This document shows, piece by piece, positions 53,119 to 64,000 of a DNA stretch of 64,000 nucleotides. A program made the position numbers and the translations under genes. The notes beneath the pieces are model-generated. The model was given only the letters and a program-made list of their open reading frames with translations, had not been told where the DNA came from and made no database searches. Source of the stretch: Eledone cirrhosa. Lineage: Eukaryota. The stretch is taken from positions 22,816,001 through 22,880,000 of the forward strand of contig OZ024762.1 of NCBI GenBank assembly GCA_964016885.1, in the 5' to 3' direction. The first letter of the stretch is position 1, and every line of letters begins with the position of its first letter.

Positions 53119-55868
53119 ATTTCATTTATTAGCCACAAGGGCCGACATGTAGGGGGCAATACAAAGACAGGGACAGTGGGGATTTACAATAAGGTCGAGT
53201 AAAAGTGCACAATGGCAAGACTAATTTAACAATGAAGATATAAAAAAATATAAAATAAACTATGCATAAATATAACAAAATAAATTCCCTTATAGAGGGT
53301 GGACGACCCAGGGGTGACTCAGGTACCCCACCAATCCTGAACCACCCTGCGCTCCTGGGTACCCAAAGAGAGCAACCCCTCTCCTCAAGTTAGCTAGCCT
53401 ATAGGCGCATGGTCAGAGTAGGCCCATTCACACGGGCCATTCTCGCCACATTCATCCACCTTTTAGCAAATGTACTGGGGGGAAGCACTTCTCTCTCCAC
53501 CCTCACCTTCCTTTCCAGGTGAAACTTGAAGAAGTTGATGAGGGATTGGCAGAAGAAAAAAGTGTCTGTCTTCAGTCATTTTAATCTTTTTAATCTGGTC
53601 ACCATATAACCTCTTTCGCAACTGCCACCAGACAGAGGAAAATTGCCTGCTCTTCCTGACCTAAGGAAGGCGGTGGGTCGATCTTCACTATGGACTCGGC
53701 CGATAACCGGATCCGTTCCACACGCGACAGTAGCTGTTCGACATAACTCCACAAGTCAGTAATACACGGACATTGGTCAAGTGCGTGCAGAACAGCACCT
53801 CTGTGCCTGTAGAGTTTATCCCGAACCGGCAGTGCCCCCCGGTTGCACTGCCAAGTGAGGGATTTCTGGAAATTGTCCATCATCCCTGGCTCGAAAGTCC
53901 TCCGGTACAGACTGGTCAGTTCGACTCCGTCGAGGCACAAAGCTTCTCCGAGTGCATCATCGCACTTACGCACCACTAATCCTCTATAGAACTGGAGAGT
54001 GAAAGTTCCACTGATCGCATTGCCCGCTTGATAGAGGGCAGTGAGTGCCTGGCAACATTCCCGGTGCCAATCACCCAGTGTCGGTCTCTTCTTGATCCAA
54101 GACTGCAGCTCAGTCAAAGAAACGTGCTGCGGAAAGGCCCGTCTGATAAATGGCGACCACACCTGTTCACCGTTTAGGCAGAATATCTGTAGATGTCGCA
54201 GCCTCAGCGCATGTCTGCGCATCATTAGCCACGGCAAGCCCAGCCCTCCGCGTAGAGGGTGCTCGCCTCACCAACGGAACTTGTCCTTTCCACAAGAATT
54301 TGAAGAGGAGCCGTTCCAACTTGACTAGGCCCGGACGTGGGCAAGGCACGTCGGTCAGGCGGTAGTAGATGATGGACGCGATGTACGCATTCGCCACCTC
54401 CGCGCGACCTTTCAGTGATAGCTTCCTCCCAGCCCATTTTGTGGTGAGACTGGCTAGTCTGCTCGTTACCTCGTCCCAATTCTTTTCCACCTGGAGGTCT
54501 GGTCCGAACCAAACCCCGAGCAACTTTACCAGTCTGTCCGGCCAGCTACCCACGATGCTGTTGGACGGCATAGGCTTGCCTCTACAGGTTCCGAACTGCA
54601 GTCCCACCGACTTTTCTGGGTTAAGTTTGGCTCCTGTCAACCTTTCATATTCCTTCAATGAGGTACCGACCACCTCGATTTCTGAGGTGTCCGACACCAT
54701 CACGGTGATGTCGTACGCATAAGCCGACATCGCCTTTCTAGTTCGAGCGGGATGCCCTGCAACAGCTCCAGCTTCTGCAGTAAAGGCTCGAGAGTCAATA
54801 CGTACAGAAGGGAAGAGAGAGGGCACCTTTGACGGACCGATCGGGATAGCCGAAATGGTTCCGTGAGGTGGCCATTAACCTTGACCACCGAGCGTATGCC
54901 GCTGTGCATTGCAACCATCCAGCTTCTAAAGACAGGGCCGAAGCCAGCTGCTTTGAGGACAAACTACAGATACCGATGGGAGACCCTATCGAATGCTTTC
55001 GATTGATCTAAATTGATCAGTGCCCCACCGAAGCCAGGTTTACACCCTACCTTCTCTATGATGTATCGCATGAGGTGGAGGTTGTCGTGTATGGACCTGG
55101 CTGGGATTGCGCAAGTTTGCGCCTCCCCAACCAAATCCTCTAGGACAAGCCCTCATCTCTTTGCTAACACCTTGGTCAAAATCTTAACCTCTGTGTTGAG
55201 CAGAGTTATGGTCCTGAAGTTGTCTAATGTATCCCTCTTGCTCTCGTCTTTCCTTATCAGCGTCACCACTCCCCTGCTCACAGCACTGGGAATACTCCCA
55301 TTCTGCTGCCAGTTGCACTAGAATGCTTCGAGGAGATCGGAGTACAAGTCTGGCATATTTACGTAAAGCTCGTAGGGCAGGCCATCCAAACCGGTTGACA
55401 TGCGTCTCATGCAGACGACAAGAGCCTCCTGAATTTCGGCTAAAGTAATCGGCCCTTCACAGCGCTAAGCGTCGACCGTCGAGATGCGAGGCAAGCCGTC
55501 AAGAAAGGCACCGAAATCCGCTACTCTCTGTGACTCGCCACTCTCCCCGAACAACCGAGCAAAGTGCTGGCGAAAGGCCTCACACATCCGCTTGGAATCG
55601 CTTATCTCGTGTCCGTCTCGGTCTGCCAAAGACTGAATTGTGGTTTTATTGCCACGCTGCGCCTCCGCCACGCGGGCCCATCAAACAGCTTTGGTTCCCT
55701 CGTTTCTCAGCGCACGCGCCTTAGCTCTGACAATGCAACCTTCGTGTTTCGCATTGAAGAAATGTTCTAATTCCATTCTTGCCGCTAGCACGTGAGTTGC
55801 AATGCCACTACAAATAGTTTCGTCTAACTTATCTATCAACTCCCCCTCCTTTCTATTTTTCCCTAACG
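53119..55868 (-). pseudogene. 5'-truncated L1/Tx1-clade LINE ORF2 (RT) with 3' UTR
   Basis: IQSLADRDG..MCEAFRQHFARLF; SRSVRQRCPLSSLLYVLTLEPLL; AYAYDITVMV (decayed YADD); KLLGVWF; KLSLKGRA; GALPVRDKL; many frameshifts and stops; AATAAA at 3' end. Confidence 0.92.
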
Positions 55869-55879
55869 CTAGTTCTTTG

Positions 55880-56635
55880 CTACTACTACTAGTGCTGCTA
55901 CTTCTACTACTACTACTACTGCTCCTATCACTAAGTCAAATATGACCAGCAACGAAAAAAAACAAAACGATAAACAAAAACAAGTACATCTATAACTAAA
56001 ATAACTATTACTACTAATATTACCGCTACTACTACCAACACAACTAATAATAGTGTTACTACTACTACAACTTCTATTACTGTTACCACCACTACTACTA
56101 CTAATACCACCACCACCATTACTACTAATACCACTACCACTACTACTAATACCACCACTACTACTACCACTACCACTACTACTAATAGAAACTTTATATC
56201 TAATATCAAACAACAACAACAGTAACAAATATGACTTACTACTACTACATCTACTACTACTGATGCTACTACTACTACTACTACTACTACCATTAATAGA
56301 GACCCTACTTATATCTAATATCAAACAACAACAAAAACTATTACTATATCTATTACTACTACTACAACTACTACTACTACAACTACCACTACTACCACCA
56401 CCACCACTATTAATAGAGATCCTACTTATATCTAATATCAAACAACACAACAACAACAACAACAACAGCAACAGGCCAAACCAAGCCAACAAACAAACGA
56501 AAAAAACAAACGTAGAAAACAAACAAACCAAGGTACAAAACAAACCAACGTACAAAACAAACCAACGAACAAAACAAACCAACGTACAAAACAAACCAAC
56601 GTACAAAACAAACCAACGTACAAAACAAACGGACT
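55880..56635. repeat. (CTA/CCA)n repeats and 17-21-bp ACAAAACAAACCAACGT repeats
   Basis: Seen directly. Confidence 0.9.
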
Positions 56636-57039
56636 ATATTTGATAAATTAATGGTAAGTACATAAGAAGAAGAATTCTTTCATTCCATTAAGCAGAAATA
56701 GTAAAACAAAGCTGAATATAAAAAAAAAAAACTATGAAAGGAATTGTGAAAATTGCATCATTTGTTATGTCGTCATTGAGAAGATATTTACAGAGGAATT
56801 GATAATGGTAATGGAATAATAATCAGGAGACGACGAAGTCTAAAGAAAAAAACTTACTGAAAAAATATATATATATAGAAAATGGTAGAGAAATATATGA
56901 AATAAAATATATGAAATGATATAAAATGAAATGAAACGAAATAGCGAAATAGTAAAATAAAAAATAAAATAAATTAAAAGCGAAAACGAAATGAAACGAA
57001 AGATTATTTAGAGTACATCATAACATATAATATCTGAAT

Positions 57040-57070
<31 letters not shown>

Positions 57071-57756
57071 ATATATATATATATGTGCATATACATATAT
57101 ATATGTGATTGTGTGTGTGTGTGTATGTATGTATGTGTATATATATGTGTATATATATATGTGTATATATGTGTATATATGCATATATATATATATGTGT
57201 GTATGTATATATATATATATGTGTGTGTGTGTGTATGTATATATATATAAATGTGTATGTATATATATATGTGTGTATGTATATATATATGTGTATGTAT
57301 ATATATATATGTGTATGTGTGTATATATATGTGTATATATGTATTTATATATGTATATATATGTGTGTGTATATATGTGTGTATATGTATATATATATGT
57401 ATATATATATATGTGTGTGTATATATGTGTGTGTATGTATATATTTGTGTGTATATATGTGTATATATGTATATATGTATATATATATGTATATATATAT
57501 ATATGTGTTTGTATATATGTGTATATATGTATTTATATATGTATATATATGTGTGTGTATATATGTGTATATATGTATATATGCATATATGTATATATAT
57601 ATATATGTATATATATACATTATATATATATATATATGTAATGATGTATCAGTGTATATATTGTATTTGTCCGAGTCTACAATCCTTTGAAATGTTACAT
57701 ATATAAGTTAGATGATGGTCATGTAACTTGAAATATTGAAGTGAAATATAAAAATA

Positions 57757-57810
<54 letters not shown>

Positions 57811-58269
57811 TATATATATATATATACATACACAAACATACATATATATACATTAGTATATACAAAAATATCAATATAGATACATATATTCATATATACA
57901 CACATATACACATACATGCACACCTACTCACACATATATATATATACGTACACACCTACACACATACACACCTACACACCTACACACATCTACACACACG
58001 TACACACACACACCTACACATATATACACACATTTATACACATACACACACACATATATACACATACACATATATACACACACACCTACACACACTTGTA
58101 CATACACACCTACACACACAAATTACACATACACACCAACACATATATACACACACATACCCCCCACACACACATATACACACATATACATGCATACACA
58201 CACACACCTCCCCTCCACACACACATACACACATATACATGCATACACAGACACACACACCTCCCCCTC

Positions 58270-58307
<38 letters not shown>

Positions 58308-58320
58308 TATATATATACAC
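57040..58320. repeat. compound (TA)n/(TG)n/(CA)n field
   Basis: Seen directly. Confidence 0.95.
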
Positions 58321-58657
58321 ATCATAGAATAATATGATAAAAATTTTAAACATATGTGCCATTATATCAACTTTTAAATTACTTTGTGGTATCAACCATG
58401 AAAATAAGCCATGTGTGTTGGAATATATAAATATATATATATATATATTTATATATTTATATATATGTATTAGTATGTCTGTAACTTTAAAATTTATTCA
58501 AATAAACAAACATATATACACATACACTATGAATTTTTATATTTCAGTCATGTTAAAATCTGTTCTCTTTCCAATCAGAAGGGCCTATGCTCTAACCCGA
58601 CACTTGCCCCTGCAAATCTTTATTCATATGGTTAATCCTGTACGACAGTTTTCCATA

Positions 58658-59003
58658 CGAGGGTCGGCTGAAATATTCCTAAGCCGATTATGGAGTAGTG
58701 ATGGTAGAGCTGTGAAATCTTGTATGCATTATTATCAACTCTTCTTATTAATAACTGCATTGTTTCTTTCTAGAGACTATGTTGAGAAATAAACCTCTTT
58801 TGGTTATTCCATGGGAGTATTTAGGTCATATGCTGACTATGAAGGATTGATGTTAGCGCTGTGAAATCTTGTATGCATTAATTGCAACTCTTCTTATTAA
58901 TAACTGCATTGTTTCTTTCTAGAGACTATGTTGAAAATAAACCTCATTTGGTCGTTCCATGAGAGTATCTTGGTTAGACTATACATTTTTTAGCCCTCCC
59001 TCG
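58658..59003 (+). mobile_element. mariner-type MITE with two internal units
   Basis: TA|CGAGGGTCGGCTGAAA ... TTTTTAGCCCTCCCTCG|TA imperfect TIRs with TA duplication; internal sequence equals the 143-bp satellite unit. Confidence 0.8.
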
Positions 59004-59129
59004 TACATGATGAAATCCTAGAAAGATCAATTTCTATATATTTAATCACTTCCACGTATCGGTAATCAACATAAACTATAGGTTTTATCTTATGCCAAGC
59101 ATTAATTTATGAAAATCGAATTTCTACAC

Positions 59130-59335
59130 ATACAGCATTCTTCATATGTACAAGTTGAGACTACCTAAAGGCAAAGAAGCAGAGAAAACTGGCAGAAAAT
59201 TGGGATCCTTTGGTGGATAAGGAAGTCGGGACCAGGTATGCAGATTCTATTATATCCAAATTCAGAGAAGCCCCTGAGCAAACTGAGGACGTTCCGACAG
59301 AGTGGGGTCCCTTGGCAAGAAACAATTCCGTAAAT
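59130..59335 (+). pseudogene. probable LINE fragment (linker after APE endonuclease)
   Basis: YKLRL / LKAKKQRKLAENWDPLVDKEVGTRYADSIISKF..EDVPTEW resembles RTE-like linker; weak. Confidence 0.4.
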
Positions 59336-59349
59336 GTATCTATATATCT

Positions 59350-59885
59350 TCCCGTAACTACAGATAGAGTAGTAGGGCGCCGTATTGACATATGGCGTTT
59401 CTTGGACATATTGTAAGCCTGGCAGAGCCCACCCCTCTCCAGGCCTGACCTGCTGGGCCCATCCCTCTCCAGGCCTGACCTGCTGGGCCCATCCCTCTCC
59501 TGGCCTGACCTGGTAGAGCCCATCCCTCTCCAGGCCTGACCTGGTGGGGCCCATCCCTCTCCAGGCCTGACCTGGTAGAGCCCATCCCTCTCCTGGCCTG
59601 ACCTGGTGGAGCCCATCCCTCTCCAGGCCTGACCTGGCAGAGCCCATCCCTCTCCAGGCCTGAGTACAGCAGATTTCTTCCAGAGAAAGATAGAAAGAGG
59701 AAAATGAGAAAGAGATATGGAAGAAGAATCGATCCCATTACTAGACTGGTACTTCTTTTTATTGCCCTCGAAATGGCGAAAGGCAAATTTGACCTCGGTG
59801 GGATTTGAACTCAGACATCAGAGAGACGGAACGAACACCATAAAGCATTCTATCCGACGCTCTAACGACTGCCAATTCGTCATCT
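59350..59885 (-). mobile_element. SINE subfamily copy with about 8 units of the 30-31-bp minisatellite (59417-59662)
   Basis: Same flanks and unit as 35050-36292. Confidence 0.85.
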
Positions 59886-60219
59886 TTCCGTAGAAGATGA
59901 CGTAGCAAATGGAACGGATTTCTACGTAGTCATTCGAATGAATCTGTATGAGAGGTTTCGATACCTGCCAGAGCTTTTGAGATAGTGTATTAACATTTAT
60001 TTTCAGTTATGTCAAACACCGTATGTGCTTCGTAATTAAAGAAATGATAAAATAGAGTATGTGATCAAAGACATTCCAGTGATAATCACCTGTAATGGTT
60101 TCACCTGAGGGAAAATGAAATTAGTACAATATCCACATGACAGGTGCAATGTTTCCGAACACGGAAGAGCCAAACTCCCACTGTCATCACCTCCATCTCT
60201 CTGTATAGTGAGCAAATGG

Positions 60220-60865
60220 GGACCCACGTGATGGCTGCCTCACAGTCCCGGCGGAGGATGGTAAGGGAAATGCGCTGTAAGAGCGATTACATCTCGCGAG
60301 GCTCACACCTGTGGCTGGCCAGCTCAGTGTCTATGGTGGTGAGTAGGGAGGTAGCCCTAGGGCCAACGACGCCACAAGTCACCACTGCTACTGGTAGCCA
60401 GCTGAGCACCTATGGTGGTAAGTAGGGAGGTGACCCTAGGACCAAGGACACCAGAAGTCTCCACTGCTACAGGTAGCCAGGTCTGTGTCTATGGTGGTAA
60501 GTTTAGAGGTAGCCCTAGGGCCAATGACACCAGAAGTCTCCACTGCTACAGGTAGCCAGGTCTGTGTCTATGGTGGTAAGTAGGGAGGTGACCCTAGGAC
60601 CAAGAAAACCAGAAGTCTCCCCTGTTACAGCTAACCTGCTCAGTACCTATGGTGGTGAGAAGGGAGGTAGCCCTAGGACCAAGGACACCAGAAGTCTCCC
60701 CTGTTACAGCTAGCCTGCTCAGCACCTATGGTGGTAGGTAGGTAGGTTACCCTAGGACCAAGGACACCAGAAGTCACTACTGCTACAAGTAGCCAGGTCT
60801 GTGCCTATGGTGGTAAGTAGGGAGGTAGCGCTAGGGCCAAGGACACCAGAAGTCTCCACTGCCAA
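60220..60865 (-). mobile_element. CRE-like LINE 3' coding remnant expanded into a 79-bp tandem array (7 units)
   Basis: CTATGGTGG at 60331, 60410, 60489, 60568, 60647, 60726, 60805; minus strand reads WLPVAV(E/V)T(S/C)GV(L/V)GPRATSLLTTIDTELASHRCEPREM*SLLQRISLTILRRDCEAAI. Confidence 0.75.
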
Positions 60866-61181
60866 GGGCACGTCCGCAAACCTTCCGGAGAACGACAATG
60901 CTCGAAATTTTTGGAAAATATATGCCGAAGGATTTCAACCAACGAACGTGTATGGAATTACGACGCTAACTTCATGACGACACGTCGAAACCTTCGGTCT
61001 TTCAACTGTACAAAACTTATTGCCAGCCTCAAATCTCTTTAAATCCTTTTACATCCACCAACACGGCCCAGTCTTGCTTGACTTCCTCTAAAACAGCAAA
61101 GCCTGTAAATTTCTCAGAGGGCAGCACATATACAGTGGCAAGCATATATAATTAGATACATCACATACATGCGTGAATATA

Positions 61182-61222
<41 letters not shown>

Positions 61223-61345
61223 TTACATAAATACACGTTCATGCATACATATATCCAAAAATATATATTTGCATACATCCATACATATATATATATACTT
61301 GCATACATCCATACATCCATACATATATATATACTTGCATACATC

Positions 61346-61376
<31 letters not shown>

Positions 61377-61398
61377 GGTTGCATACATCCATACATAC

Positions 61399-61429
<31 letters not shown>

Positions 61430-61689
61430 CACACACATATATACATACACACATATATACATATATACGCACATAAATACATACACAAACAAACTCGTAG
61501 TTGATATAATCAGACGTTAGCTTTATTAGTCTGTTTAATACAACAGCGTATGTTTATATCTATATTAATATATATTACATGGAATTTCCCGCACACCGTC
61601 CTCACATTACCCAATTCATTCTCATTCATAATTCCACTGTCTCCTTATCACTTTCCCCAATTAATGTCATTTTTATTCTCTATACATGG

Positions 61690-62780
61690 TTCTTTCTCGC
61701 CATATCTGTCTCTCCATCAGTCAATCTCTCCCCATCTCTCTCCATGTCTCTCTCACTCATTCTCACTCTTTCCCACAACCTCCATCTCTCTCGATCTCCC
61801 TCCCTCATCTCTATTTCTAACTCTCTCCATCTCCCATCATACACACACTCTCCCTTTTTCGATATCTCTTTTACTCTTTCACTCTCTCCTCCACATTCTT
61901 TCACTCACTCTCACCATCTCCCTCTCAAACACTCCATCTCTTTCTTGATCTCTCTTTCACTCATTGTCCCCATTTACCTCTCACTCAAACCCTCTCTCGA
62001 TATCTCAATCTCTCTGCCTCACTCCCTCTTTCTCTCCCCGCACCCATCTCACACTCTCCATCCCTCCTTCCCTCATTCCGCATCTCCCTCTATCCATCCC
62101 CTTTCTTTCACTCACTCTCTCCCTCATTCCCCAAATCCCCCTCTGTCTCTTTCACTCACTCTCCCTCACACCCAATCCCCCTCTCTCTTTCACTTAACAA
62201 CCCTCATACCCAATCTCCCTCTCTCTTTCACTCACTCTCCCTCACACCCAATCTCCCTCTCTCTTTCACCCACTCTCCCTCACACCCAATCTCCCTCTCT
62301 CTTTCACTCACTCTCCCTCACACCCAATCTCTCTCTCCATCCCTCTTTCTCTTTCCATCACCCCCAAATCTCTCTCGCATCCCTCTTTCACTTAACCCTC
62401 ATACCCAATCTCCCTCTCTCTTTCACTCCCTCTCCCTCACACCCAATCGCCCTCTCTCTTTCACTCACTCTCCCTCACACCCAATCTCTCTCTCCATCCC
62501 TCTTTCTCTTTCCATCTTTCCCTCACCCCCAAATCCCTATCGCATCCCTCTTTCACTTAACAACCCTCATACCCAATCTCCCTCTCTCTTTCACTCACTC
62601 TCCCTCACACCCAATCACCCAATCTCTCTCTCCATCCCTCTTTCTCTTTCAATCTTTCCCTCCCTACCAAATCTCTCTCGCATCCCTCTTTCACTTACTC
62701 TCCCTCACCTCACTCCATCTCTCTCACGCACTCCCCCTCTGCCCAAATCCGCCTCACTTCATCCCTCCTCACTCACTATC
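61690..62780. repeat. CT-rich low complexity with ~34-bp CACACCCAATCTCCCTCTCTCTTTCACTCACTCTCCCT-like units
   Basis: Seen directly. Confidence 0.9.
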
Positions 62781-63059
62781 CTAATACTATACTATAAATT
62801 ATATTACGATTTTACAGATTATATACAAGGCACATAAACAGGAAAACAGAAATATTGTTATCCAACCATTACTTCGCGTTAAAAGCAATGAGAATAACCA
62901 TGTGTACATATCAGTTTAAAAACCTGCTGTTTTCCTCCACAGCCATACTTTATAATTCAATTGAATTTAGCAAATCATAAAAGCTTCAGTGAATTTGTTA
63001 CAATTTGTAAAGGTAGCAGCTATATACGTCGGCGTTGGACACTAATGATAATCGTGTGT

Positions 63060-64000
<941 letters not shown>

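Noticed and set aside
60968-61002. ATGACGA-CACGTC-GAAA-CCTTCGG-TC hammerhead-like string
   Set aside because: Core C3 absent, stem II overlaps the core, no stem I.

Overview
Gene-poor, extremely microsatellite-rich eukaryotic DNA. The SINE family and the (TA)n/(CA)n load suggest a cephalopod (Octopus-like) genome; this is an inference. No host protein-coding gene can be supported, and nearly every ORF in the supplied track is a translation of simple repeats (YI/HT/VC, poly-T/V/P/H, RE/SL). The real coding remnants are all decayed retroelements: two Penelope-like (PLE) GIY-YIG fragments, a 5'-truncated L1/Tx1-clade LINE, an R4/Dong-like REL LINE end, RTE-like LINE pieces and a CRE-like LINE end. 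There are also many tRNA-derived SINE copies, a Helitron-like element and mariner-type MITEs. The most striking signal is about 12 well-formed and several degenerate minimal type-I hammerhead ribozyme (HHR) motifs. They belong to many different short non-coding elements, nearly all embedded in (TA)n tracts and often arranged as fold-backs or tandem/inverted units. One is a retrozyme-like 474-nt HHR-to-HHR unit, and two families carry recurrent non-canonical cores (U3-A8; U4A). A second theme is tandem arrays born inside transposons: 143 bp from a mariner MITE, 31 bp from a SINE and 79 bp from a CRE-like endonuclease. All structures were paired by eye; no alignments or folding programs were run.
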